A stretch of DNA of 64,000 bases from Octopus sinensis (taxonomy: Eukaryota), in the NCBI RefSeq assembly GCF_006345805.1, contig NC_043000.1, positions 131,626,001 through 131,690,000 on the forward strand, written 5' to 3'. The position numbers were made by a program, and so were the translations under genes. This document shows, piece by piece, positions 1 through 11,880 of this stretch (position 1 is the stretch's first letter; each line of letters starts with the position of its first letter). Below the pieces are notes generated by a model. The model was not told the origin of the DNA. It saw only the letters and a program-made list of their open reading frames with translations, and did not search any database.

Positions 1-1010
1 TTTGGGGAGATATATGTGCGTTTATTTGCGCGTGTATACGTGTATGTGTATGTGCGTGTAGTTGTGCGTACGTGTATGTGTGCCTATGTATATGTGTGCG
101 TGTGTGTATGCGGGTGTGTATACGTGTATGCGTGGGGTCGTGAGTGTTAAGTATGTGTGCATTCGAATGCGTGTGTGTGTATGTGCATCTATATGTGTAT
201 GCGTATGTGTGTGTGCGTGTATGTATATATTGTGTGTATTTATATGTATGTGGGTGTATGTGATTTGTGTGTGCGTGGGGTTGTGTGTAGGGTTTGTGTG
301 GGGGTATATGTGCGTTCCTGTGTGTATGTGCGCGCGTGCATGTGCGTACGTGCTTCTGTGCGTGTATGTGCGTGTGTGTTTATGCCCATGTGTGTGTAAT
401 TGTGTGCGTGTGTGTATGAGTGTGTGTTGTGCGTGTGTGAAGGGTATGTGTGCGTACATGTGCGAGTGTGTGTATGTATGTGTATGTACGTGTGTATATA
501 TGTGTGCGTGTGTGTGTATGTGCGTGTGTGCATGTGTGTATGTGCGTGTGTATATGTGTGTGTGAACGTAGAGATGTGTGTCGAGTTATGTGCGCATTTT
601 GTTGTGTGCATGCGCGTGTGTTTGTTTATGTATATGTATGTGGTTGAGTGTACGCTTATGTGTGCGTGCGTGCGTGTATATAGGTATGTGTGTCTGTGTT
701 TGCGTGGGGGTTGTGTAGGTTAGGTTTCTGTGCATTCCTGTGCGTGTGTATGTGTGTGTGCGTTTGTTTACGTGTGTGTGTGTGCGCGTGGGTGTATGTG
801 GGTGGGTGTATATGCATGCGTCTGAGTGTGCGTGTGTATGTGCATGTGTGTGGGCGCGTGTGTATGTGTGTGGAAGTATATGTGTGCATATGTGCATGTA
901 TGTGTGTTGTATGTGTGTGGTGTGTGGGAGGTATATGTACGTTCGTGTGTGTGCACGGGTGCGTGTATTTTTTCATGTGTGTGTATGTGACGTGTGCATG
1001 TATATGGAAA
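1..1010 (-). repeat. Cryptic (CA/TG)-rich low-complexity tract, part of a Penelope-like element 3' region
   Basis: Degenerate TG repeat whose reverse complement aligns motif by motif with 49470-50000 (e.g. CACGCACAGGAATGCACAG, CAACAAAATGC.CACATAAC). All ORFs here are repeat artefacts. Confidence 0.85.
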
Positions 1011-1140
1011 TAAAAATTATAATAAATTATTTAAAAAAAGGTTGAAAGGGGATAAAGAAAAAGTTAATACAATATGAAATGGCGCATTAAAAACAAAAAA
1101 CGAAATAAGGTTGCTTTGTTGCAGGAGATTGTAGTGGCAG

Positions 1141-1290
1141 TCAATAGGAGGAGGGCGTTGTGTTTAGTCCAAAGGGGACAGTTGTTCGTGGATTAAAAAT
1201 ATAACGCTGTTCCAGGCGGAGTCGCGAGTGTGTGGATCTGTGGTGCCGAGCGAAGCCAAAGAAAGAGACGTTAGATATATATATATTGCG
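1141..1290 (-). pseudogene. Penelope-like element GIY-YIG endonuclease C-terminus (5'-truncated)
   Basis: Translates as NVSFFGFARHHRSTHSRLRLEQRYIFNPRTTVPFGLNTTPSSY*, homologous to the end of the GIY-YIG remnant at 48962-49282. Confidence 0.75.
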
Positions 1291-1541
1291 CAGCAACAAA
1301 CTAAGTATAGCAAAAAGGATTTTCATTGAATTTCCGTTAGCCATTAAACCTTTTAGCAAGCAGCTGACTTACGACGCACTGATTAAGATACAAATGAAGA
1401 AATACTCCGTTTTTAACCATGCAACAAGATTCGAAAGTTAATGAGAAACCGTCACTAAATGAAGCTTATTGCACTCAAGATAAATGTCGCTACATATACG
1501 TATGTTTATATATGTGTACGTGCTCTCTCTTCCCATGTGTC

Positions 1542-1577
<36 letters not shown>

Positions 1578-1814
1578 TGTGTGCACGTGTGGCGTTCAAA
1601 ACTACAAAAAAACAAAAAAAACCGGAAGACAGAGACAAGTAAGGGAACAGCAAATAAGTGGTATTAATTTGACGCTCAAGAACATGGAAGGTTCTTTGAC
1701 GTTTCGAGTCTACTCTCTTCTATATATAGGATAGACGAGTGAAAGCAGATGGAGAGAGGGGTCGGAAACAGATAGGAAAGAAACGTGTCTGGATTGACAG
1801 TTACAAATATGTAG

Positions 1815-2015
1815 CCGCGTGTGTATCGTTGGCGATTTTCTTTCTCCATCTTCCCTTCCTTGGACCTCCCCTTTTTCTATGTTTTTGATGAAGAGCTCCA
1901 CTCGATATGTTAAATCCTCCTTCTTTCTATCCTTTCCTGAGCGTCCAATAACACTATACTTGTTCCACGTCCTCGCGTTGTTGTGTTTTCTCTTTGTTGA
2001 TGTTTGGATTAACTA
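1815..2015 (+). mobile_element. Penelope-like terminal (pLTR-type) unit with decayed hammerhead motif
   Basis: Homologous to 50890-51140. Contains TTGATGA-AGAG-ctcca-CTC-GATA-TG-TT, a mutated CTGANGA...GAAACGT core. Confidence 0.6.
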
Positions 2016-2033
2016 TACACACATACATACATA

Positions 2034-2100
<67 letters not shown>

Positions 2101-2889
2101 ATATGTGATGGACTGGCATATTTATACTCAGGTAGAGTATTGTGGTCTCAGTCGCGTATAAGCCACGTAAGCTGGATAACTGGCTCAGAGTCCTAGGACT
2201 CGAGGGATTGGTGATGATGATGGTGAGGAGGAGGAGGAGGAGGAGGAGGGAGGGAGTGGGAGGGAAGAGAGTAGGAGGAGAAGGAGGGAGGGATATGTAT
2301 ATAGGCTCGACTGCCGGCTGTGAAGCATCCCATATATTCCCGTCTCCTGACATTCACCTTTTATGTTCATCTCCTATGTTCCTGCCTCAAGGCTTCCACT
2401 CTACACACGCCAGCTCAACTTGATTCGCCTTTATTGGTTGAAAGACACCTGTTGTTATTTCCTTGTTGTTTGTATTTGTAATTGTGTAACATATTGTCTG
2501 CATTTTTGTCTTTGTTGTACACATTCGCTTGCTTTCTCCCCCAAAATTTAATGCTGTTAGCTTAGATTTTGGGGGCCAACCAGATTTGAATAGTCTCAAG
2601 TGTAACCAGCCGAAACTGTAAGGATGATCTGGAAACTTGACTGATGAGAGAAAGCTGCGAATGACCCGTCCTTGTTTTTTCCTGTCGGGCTCCTTGTTGT
2701 TTTCCTGTCCGTCTTTGTATCATCTATCTGTCCGGATGTTGGAACACAACGTACCAGCCGGTCTGGGAATCGAAACCAGGATCTTGTGATCGTGGGTGCA
2801 ACACTTTAACCACTAGGCCATCACAGCTAACGTCGAACAAAATATAATATTGAAATCGTTTTCAAATCACACCTTACTGTCCTAGATAT

Positions 2890-3115
2890 TCTTTTATTCT
2901 TTTACTTGTTTCAGTCATTTGACTGCAGCCATGCTGAAGCACCGCCTTTAATCGAAGAAATCTACCCCAGGACATATCCTCAGTAAGCCTAGTACTTATT
3001 CTATCGAGATATTTTGCCGAACTGCTAAGTTACGGGGACGTAAACACACCAACATCGGTTGTCAAGAGATGGTAGGGGACAAACACAGATACACACTCAC
3101 ACACACACACACACA

Positions 3116-3162
<47 letters not shown>

Positions 3163-3332
3163 ATATATACGACGGGCTTCTTTCAGTTTCCGTCTACCAA
3201 ATCCACTCACAAGTCTTTGGTCGACCCGAGGCTATAATAGAAGACACTTGCCCAAGGTGCCACGCAGTGGGACTGAACCCGGAAGCATGTGATGGGGAAG
3301 CAAGCTTTTTACCATACAGCCACGCCTCCGCC
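2890..3332 (-). mobile_element. tRNA-derived SINE family A (about 450 bp, internal microsatellite)
   Basis: On the minus strand: A box (TGGCTGTATGG), B box (GGTTCAGTCCC), CORE-like CACCTTGGGCAAGTG, internal CA/TA array and A-rich tail. Many copies in the window. Confidence 0.9.
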
Positions 3333-3700
3333 TATACCGTGCAAAAAAAAATGTAGAAATAAAATAGGGCTGTCGCGAAGGAATGCATTTGATAAATCCA
3401 GTCCGATTCGTTATGTAAACAACAGGAGCTGCCGTCACTACAACCTATCCTCTCAATTTGCGCGTATTCACCTATGTCATTCCTATGTCATTCCTTACGT
3501 ATGACTGTACGCCTCCGTCTGTCACTCTCTCTTTCTCTCTATCTGTCTTTATATCTTCTTCCCTCTTTTCCTCAACCCTCCGCCAATTATAAATCACAAT
3601 GACCACCCTAACAACCAATACAGTTCCTCGTTCACTTCCTCATATTCTCTCACCCTTTTCTGACCTGACATACTTCTCTTTTTGTCACTGTGTTTATGTA

Positions 3701-3961
3701 CAGCAATCCCTTGACTATTGTGGGTGTTACGTTCCATCCCCCACCCAGGTTCCGTAGGTGAAAATCCGCGAAGTAGAAACAATACTGTACTGTATTATAT
3801 TTTTTAAAATTATTTTCATAATTTGTATATATTTATTTTATTACAAATGCAAAATAACACCACGGAGGAATCGACGTAAGCTTAAACAATAAACCGCTTA
3901 AATAATAAACCGCGATAGGTGAAGTGCGATAGGTGAGTCGCGATTTGGCAAAAGATTACTG
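3701..3961. mobile_element. Tigger/pogo-like MITE
   Basis: Imperfect TIRs CAGCAATCCCTTGAC and CAGTAATCTTTTGCC, flanked by TA on both sides; no coding capacity. Confidence 0.65.
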
Positions 3962-4292
3962 TAATTCTTTCTTTCAGCATTTACACACACACACACACAC
4001 ACACCACACACACACACAAACAAACAAAAGTATGAGTATCAATATGCGATTAACTCTCCGTTGGTGCGGTGGGGTGTCTCATATCCCATGTGATGTTTTT
4101 ATATATTTTATTTTACATCTGGCAGCAGTGATAGTGCTATCTTTCCATGTAATTTCTTGGCTCACTCCACTGAGTTCATGTACAACTCCACTCAGTTACT
4201 TGCTGAGTGATGAGAAGTGGACATAGGTGTTATCTGTGTTTGGGGTTGTGCATACCCCACCAATATCATTCACTGTATTCTTTATTGACAAA

Positions 4293-4680
4293 TGTGGAGG
4301 CGCAATGGCCCAGTGGTTAGGGCAGCGGACCCGCGGTCATAGGATCGTGGTTTCGATTCCCTGACCGGGCGTTGTGAGTGTTTATTGAGCGAAAAAACAC
4401 TTAAAAAGCTCCACGAGGCTCCGGCAGGGATGGTGGTGATCCCTGCTGTACTCTTTCACCACAACTTTCTCTCAATCTTACTTCCTGTTTCTGTTGTACC
4501 TGTATTTGAAAGGGCCGGCCTAGTCACTCTCTCTGTCACGCTGAATATCCCCGAGAACTACGTTAAGGGTACACGTGTCTGTGGAGTGCTCAGCCACTTA
4601 CACGTTAATTTCACGAGCAGGCTGTTTCGTTGATTGGATCAACCGGAACCCTCGTCGTCGCAACCGACGGAGTGCTTCCA
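4293..4680 (+). mobile_element. tRNA-derived SINE family C (about 390 bp)
   Basis: Head GGCGCAATGGCCCAGTGGTTAGG...GGTTTCGATTCCC; near-identical copy at 34897-35277. Confidence 0.9.
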
Positions 4681-4866
4681 TATATATATCCATATTGACA
4701 AGTACATTTTTGTTTTCTTTTCGTTATTATTGTTTATTTCACTTGTTTATTTTTATATTTGAAAGGCTGATAATTTCTCGTATTATTGCCAACTGACCAA
4801 CTTTTTTGTGTTATTAGATGGTCCTGAATGCCATAAAAGTGAGGAATCTTTCCTCTCAGTTTCGCA

Positions 4867-6215
4867 ATGGACTACGAAAGACAAATGGAGAAATTGAGAG
4901 ACATGGTTGAGAGAGAATTAGGCATAGAAGAATCGGGATCATTTCTTGATGAAGAACCAGATGAAGAAGAATCTGAAGAGAAAGAAGAGAGTATAGCTGA
5001 GGAAGAAACAACAGACGAAGAAATGACAGAAGAAGGGACGAACTGAAGCAGATGGCATGTTGCAGACTTCACTAGATGATCCTTTAGAAGAAACAGATGA
5101 AGCTAATGATGAGGGTGAACAGCAAGCTACCAGGAACACAGAAAAACAGCTTATAGGCAAAAATATTAAAACTCTCTGGAAATATGTTCTCCCAAGTCTT
5201 CCACGCTGTGTACGTGCACACAATGTATACCAGGATTCACCAGGACCAAATAGAGCAACAAAACATGTGTATGCTGCAGAGGACTGCTGGTTTCTGTCTC
5301 TCACACAAGAACTCTTGAATGAATTAGCAGCTTGCACTAATATCTACGTTGACAGTAAACAAGGAAAATATAAAGATAAGTCAAAAGAGAGACATACTAA
5401 TGAAAGGGGGATGAAAGCTGCAATAGGATTGTTTTATCTGTTAGGAGCTTTTTTTTAGAGTTAACCGAATGAATATGGAAGGTGTTTGGGCAACCGATGA
5501 TATAGGAATTGAAATTTTTCCGGTAACTATGTCTATTTCGTTTCCTACTGAGGTCTATGAGGTTTGATGATATCCACCCCAGGTTGAAAAGAGGTTAGAA
5601 GATAAATTTGCAGCTTTTAGGAAATTCGTTGAGAATTTTGTTGATAATTGTTATCTCCAATTATAATGTCTCAGTGTATGCAACAATAGATGAAATGTTG
5701 GCTGCCTTTAGAAGAAACTGTCCACTCAGGATCTACATGTCCAGTAAACTTATTAAAATATGGCATAAAAATATTTATTTTGGCAGATGCTAAAACTTTT
5801 TATGTGTCACGTATGGAGATCTACTTGAGGAAACAACCAGAAGACCCTTATATATATATATATATATATATATAAGAATACAAAAAATGGGACAAGAACG
5901 CAACAGGCGACAACAAAACATCCAGAGAGTTAGATGATGCAAAAGGGACAAGATAAAACAAGGGCAGGTCATTCAGTCGAGTTATATATATATATGCATG
6001 TATGTATGTATGTGTGTATGTATGTATGTATGTATGTATTTGTGTGTCTGTGTTTGTCCCCCCCACTATCACTTGACAACCGTTGTTGGTGTGTTTATGT
6101 CCCGTAACTAAAAGAATGATAGAATACGTACTAGGCTTACAAAGAATAAGTCCTGGTGTCGATTTCTTCGAATAAAATTGGTGCTCCAGCATTGCCGCAG
6201 TCAATATATATATGT

Positions 6216-6270
<55 letters not shown>

Positions 6271-7103
6271 CAGGGTAATAATTATCTATAATTCAGAAGC
6301 AGCAATGATAAAACGATTGGTGTCTCATATAAAAGGGTCTGGAAGAAATATTACAATGGATAATTGGGCTACAAGTTGCGGACTTGCAGTTGATCTCTTG
6401 AAGAATTATAGATTAACATTTGTTGGCACTCTGAGAAAGAACAAGATAGAACTTCCCCCTCAGTTTGTTGCCACAAGGAGCAGAACAGAATACACAAGCT
6501 TGTTTGGTTTCCAGAAGGATGCTCGCGAGAAAGGTAAAAATGTTGTCCTACTGAGCACAATGCATCATGATGCTGTAATTGATGAAAGCACAAAAGAAAA
6601 AGAAAACTAGAGATTATTACCTTCTACAACAGTACTAAAGGAGGGGTAAACATCGTGGACCAGTTGCGTGCCATCTACAATGTTTACAGAAATACTCGAC
6701 GTTGGCCAGTTACAGTTTTCTACACCATACTCAATGTTGCAGGAATAAATGCATACAATGCATTAATGACAAACGCTCAAACCACTATCAGGCGCCGAAA
6801 GTTTCTGAGGGAATAGGAACTCAAGTTGGTGGATGACCATATCCATCATTGCAAGACAAACCCATATTTGAGGAAAGACTTGAAAGAGAAGATTCAACAT
6901 TTCTCAGCATCTAAGGAATTACCCGCAAAACGTCATCGTGAAGATTCCAAACAAAGATACTCATTGTGCCCCAGACCAAAGATCGTAAGACAAGAAATTG
7001 CTGCCAGAAGTGTCATAAGTCCATCTACTTGCAACATGCTATGTACATTTGCATTGACTGCTTGGCTCAGAGTGATGACGATGACAGCGCAAACAATGGG
7101 TAA
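4867..7103 (+). pseudogene. piggyBac transposase (PGBD4-like), frameshifted and interrupted
   Basis: Acidic N-terminus; motifs [57 protein letters not shown] (third catalytic D reads N) and RRWP; C-terminal Cys-rich domain (CPRPKDRKTRNCCQKC...C..C). Confidence 0.92.
5873..6203 (+). mobile_element. SINE family A 3' half carrying an extra ~130-bp module, inserted in the piggyBac
   Basis: Reverse complement of the arrangement at 7455-7790; interrupts the transposase between QPEDPY and NSEAAMIKRL. Confidence 0.8.
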
Positions 7104-7454
7104 ACAGTTAATATGAAAGGAACACTCTCCCCACCAAAAAACAGTTTTATTTTGTTTGACCTCCATTTTCATAGAGCATTCGTTTGTTTTTGTTTACATG
7201 TTAAGTAAATATATTATATCAAAATATGTTTTTTAGTAATATTATTGCTTAAGAACACATATAAAGCAATAAAAAGTCTAAAAGTATTTAAAACTATGAG
7301 TGGGGTTCTCCATACCTCGAAGCACTAACCATGAAAAATACAGTACTACACCACCGTAAGGATAAGACGTTCAGTTTGCAACGACTTAGTTCTAGGTTGA
7401 CAGATTCAATTCCACAACGCGACACATTGGGCAAAGGTAGTTCGGTGCTAGCTT

Positions 7455-7611
7455 TGTAAGCCTAGTACTTATTCTATCGTTCTCTTAATTACGGGACGTA
7501 AACACACCAACATCGGTTGTCAAGCGATGGTGGGGGACAAACACAGACACACAAATACATACATATATACATACATACATACATACATACATACATACAT
7601 ACATACATACA

Positions 7612-7645
<34 letters not shown>

Positions 7646-7785
7646 ACTACAAAGATAATCTGGAACTCGATTGACGAAAGAAAACTCCGAATGTCCCGCC
7701 CTTGTTTTATCTTGTCCCTTTTGCATCATCTAACTGTCTGGATGTTTTGTTGTCGCCTGTTGCGTTCTTGTCCCATCTTTTGCAT

Positions 7786-7860
<75 letters not shown>

Positions 7861-8035
7861 TATTATATATATATATATACGACGGGCTTCTTTCAGTTTC
7901 CGTCAACCAACCCACTCACAAGGCTTTGGTCGGCCCGAGGCTATAGTAGAAGACGCTTGCCCAAGGTGCCATGCAATGGGACTGAACCCGGAACCATGGG
8001 GTGGTGAGCAAGCTACTTACCAAACAGCCACTCAT
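7455..8035 (-). mobile_element. SINE family A with extra module (7645-7790) in the internal microsatellite
   Basis: Both SINE halves are present (7455-7560 and 7880-8035) around a TACA array, the module and CA/TA arrays. Confidence 0.85.
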
Positions 8036-8037
8036 AT

Positions 8038-8069
<32 letters not shown>

Positions 8070-8141
8070 GAAATTCGGGGTGAGTACTTGATAATTGTAA
8101 GCACCTGTATATACCGTTTGGGTGTAGGTGGTGGAGTAAAT

Positions 8142-8395
8142 TAATCAAAATAAAAACATGATGCCAAGGATTCAGCGGTACATATGTTCGGGCCTTTATT
8201 AGACGGATTTATAACAATGCATAATGTGTGTCTGTGGCAACCAAGAATTTTGATGTAATACATGTCCTTGAGGAAGGAGTTGTGGCGCGGCTGAAGAAGG
8301 CACAGACACACATTATGCATTGTTATAAATCCGTCTAATAAAGGCCCGAAACATATGTACCGCTGAATCCTTGGCATCATTTTTTATTTTGATTA
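8142..8395. repeat. Fold-back element, ~95-bp near-perfect arms, ~64-bp spacer
   Basis: 8142-8236 is the reverse complement of 8301-8395 with 1-2 differences; termini TAATCAAAATAA / TTATTTTGATTA. Confidence 0.95.
8274..8372 (+). ncRNA. Type I hammerhead ribozyme (dimer-type, palindromic stem III)
   Basis: Stem I GCGG/CCGC (extension AAGGA/TCCTT), core CTGAAGA 8291-8297, stem II (A)GGC/GCC(C), GAAA 8348-8351, palindrome ACATATGT, cleavage triplet GUA. Confidence 0.7.
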
Positions 8396-8532
8396 TATAT
8401 ATTATATAATATATATATATATATTATATATATATATATATACGTGTGTGTTGTGCGTGTGTGTGTGTGTGTGTTGTGTTTGTGTGTGTGTGTGTGGTGT
8501 GTTGTGTGTTTGTGTGTGTGTTGTTTGTGTGG

Positions 8533-8584
<52 letters not shown>

Positions 8585-8826
8585 CATATATCACACATTG
8601 TCTTTTCTTACCTATTATCTGTCCTCCATTTCTATGTCTGCCAATGCAAATCGCCACGTCCACCATTACAATACAACCCCATCCACTTAACTATTCACAT
8701 ATTTTTCTCCTACTCCAAATAGCTTGTCTTTCTTTGTCTGTCTTTCTGTCTGCCTCTCCGTGTGTATGTGTGTCTGAGTGTGTATGTGTATGTTTATGTA
8801 TGTATGTAATAACGCACATGCATATG

Positions 8827-8868
<42 letters not shown>

Positions 8869-8999
8869 CACACAAACACACATACACACACACGTATACA
8901 CAGTGTTTGTCTAGTCACGTCGCTTATAAGTACATACATGCAACCACTGCCATGACCACCACTATCACCACAACCCATTCTCTCTTTTGCTCCGCCTTT

Positions 9000-9260
9000 T
9001 GTTTCTTGCCTCTCTCTTTTTCTTTCTCTCTCCCTCTCTCTCTTTCACCTCTCTCTCTCCCTCTTTCTCTCTCGTTCTTTGTACACCTCTACACCTCTCT
9101 CTCTCTCATTCTCTTATACACGACCCACACACCACTACTACCGCCACCATCGAGAATATACCTCTACATTACCATCATCAGTACCATACCTTAGCCGCCA
9201 CCACCACACCACCACCACAACCACCGTTACCATTACTACCACTACATTCTCACTACTACA

Positions 9261-9329
<69 letters not shown>

Positions 9330-10560
9330 TACTACTGCTACTAATACTACTACTACTACTACTACAGAACTTCGCTGACCACTACGTACACCAGACTCAT
9401 CCCACTACAATATGTCCTTCACCCTTAAGATCTCCAATCCCCAACACAACCCTCTTGTACCATCAAACCATCGCTAATGCCCCTAGTACCCCCTCCATAC
9501 TAATATTATACATCAAGAAATACCATCCCTATAACATCTTTATACCATCATACCACCACCATTACTGTTATCAATACCATCGTCTTTGTCGCCGTCATAC
9601 ACCGTCTAATATATACGCCCACATACAATCATACGTACCACCGCCAACAACACTACCACTGCCACCAGCAACTGTACTACTAACATCATCACCACCGCCA
9701 CCAACACCAACACCACCGCCACCACCACCACCACCACCACCAATAATACTACCAACACCAACAACAACAACAATAACAATAACAACACCAACAATAACAA
9801 CACCAACAACACCATCAACATCACCACTACCACCACCACCAACACCACCTCCACCACCACCAACACCACCACCACCACCACCATCACCACCACCACCACC
9901 ACCACCACCAATAATAACAACACCAACATCACCCCATCACCACCACCACCATCACCACCACCACTACCACCACCACCAACACCACCAATACTACCACCAA
10001 CAATAACACCAACATCACCTCATCACCACCGCCACCACCATCACCACCACCACCAATAGTACTATCAACAATAACAACACCAACAACAACAACACCACCA
10101 ACGCCACCACCACCACCATCACTACCACCACCACCACCACCACCAATACTACCACCAACAATAACACCAACATCACCCCATCACCACCGCCACCACCATC
10201 ACCATCACCACCACCAACAATAACAACACCAACACCAACATCACCACCACCAGCAATAACAACAACACCAAACACCAACAACATCAACATTAACACCAAT
10301 AACAGCACCACTACCACCAACAACATCAACATTAACACCAATAACAGCACCACTACCACCAACAACAACAACAGTAACACCACCAAGACCACCATTAACA
10401 ACACTACCAAGACCACCACTATTACCGCTTCCATCACCAGCACCACCAACACCACCAACATCAACAACGTCAACACCAACAACACCATCAACACCACCGA
10501 CCCACACCACTACCGTTTCCACCATAATCATGAATCCGATATCACCGTCATACATACCAT
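9000..10560. repeat. Low-complexity CT / CAC / CAA / ACT trinucleotide arrays
   Basis: Directly visible. The poly-Pro/Thr/His ORFs are artefacts. Confidence 0.9.
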
Positions 10561-10598
10561 TCTTGTAACACACCCTCACTATCACGATCCCGAATACC

Positions 10599-11052
10599 TG
10601 TTTCTTTATTACCCACAAGGGGCTAAACACAGACAGGACAAACAAAGATAGACAAACGGATTAAGTCGATTATATCGACCCCAGTGCGTAACTGGTACTT
10701 ATTTAATCGACCCTGAAAGGATGAAAGGCAAAGTCGACCTCGGCGGAATTTGAACTCAGAACGTAGCGGCAGACGAAATACGGCTACGCATTTCGCCCAG
10801 CGTGCTAACGATCCCGAATACCTATTTCTTTATTACCCACAAGGGGCTAAACACAGAGGGGACAAACAAGGACAGACATAGGTATTAAGTCGATTACATC
10901 GACCCCAGTGCGTAACTGGTACTTAATTAATCGACCCCGAAAGGATGAAAGGAAAAGTCGACCTCGGCGGAATTTGAACTCAGAACGTAACGGCAGAGGA
11001 AATACGGCTACGCAATTCGTCCGACGTGCTAACGTTTCTGCCAGCTCGCCGC
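10599..11052 (-). mobile_element. Two tandem copies of SINE family B (about 230 bp)
   Basis: Minus-strand head GGCGGCGAGCTGGCAGAA...GAGTTCAAATTCC and tail AATAAAGAAATA. The first copy is flanked by the 16-bp repeat ACGATCCCGAATACCT (10584-10599, 10808-10823). Confidence 0.9.
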
Positions 11053-11499
11053 CCAGGTACCACCTTCATCAGACACCCAGAATACCATCCCTATAACGCC
11101 CACTTACCACCATACCACCGTAATCACAATCACCAATACCATCCCAATGTCACTATCATACACCCAGACATACCACCCTGGGTGTACGATGGTTGTTCGT
11201 GGGTGTTAATTAACACCCACGACTAACCATACACCCCACGTTGTCACAGATTCCAACCTTATACTACTATTATCACAACCATTACCACTACTGTTAACAC
11301 CACTACCGTATCACTACTTATACCATCCATAGAGACTATACCACCACCAGAGTTTTCTTTCCGCCGCTCCCATCACCATATACATAGGATGAAGCAGTGA
11401 CATCAGAGATGTTTCTAGAACAGCATATTCAACCGTCGACCAAACTGACGCACGTGTTAAGACTTGTGTAGTAATATACAATTGTACACAGCGCCTCTT

Positions 11500-11880
11500 G
11501 TTTCCTCTTCCTCCTCCTCCTCCTCTTCCTCCCCCTCCTCCTCCTTCTTCTTCTCCTCCTCCTTCTACCACCGCCACTGCTGCTGCTGCTGCTGCCACTG
11601 CTGCTGTTTTCTTTTCTTGCTCTTCCTTCTACTTACCATTATTTTCTTCTTTCCTTCTCTTTCTCTTCCTTCATTGTCGTCGTCATCATCATCATCATCA
11701 TCATCGTTATCGACTTCGTCGTCTTTGATGTCGTCGTCATCATAATCATCGTCGTCGTTGTCGTCGTCATCAACATTGTTATCATCATCATCATCATCAT
11801 AATCATTTTCTTCTTCGTCTTCTTCTTCTGCCTCCTCCTCCGCCTTCTCCTCCAACTCCACCTTCAACTTCTCCTCCTAC
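11500..11880. repeat. Mixed trinucleotide low-complexity tract (CCT, TGC, TCA, TCG, TCT)
   Basis: Directly visible. Confidence 0.85.

Larger units (their letters stand above)
4054..7361 (+). mobile_element. Decayed piggyBac DNA transposon with nested SINEs
   Basis: TTAA at 4050-4053 and ATAA at 7362-7365. Imperfect TIRs CTCTCCGTTGGTG and CCTTACGGTGGTG, subterminal GTGGGGT...ATA.C motifs at both ends, and internal transposase remnants. Confidence 0.75.

Noticed and set aside
22-1045. Many 60-170 aa ORFs (also at 8400-10645, 18400-19460, 22718-23054, 33600-34047, 36623-38319, 49432-51039)
   Set aside because: They are translations of CA/TA/TACA/ATT microsatellites, lacking stops only because of repeat composition.
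2630-2665. CTGATGA-GAG-aaag-CT(G)C-GAAT motif in the SINE-captured module (also 7680-7700): possible HHR, HDV-like or C/D-box element
   Set aside because: GAAT instead of GAAA, no consistent stem I or III, and no HDV P2/P3 topology could be drawn.
11314-11598. 94-aa ORF with a complex middle (CVQLYITTQVL...)
   Set aside because: No recognisable domain, flanked by low-complexity sequence, and no convincing splice sites.
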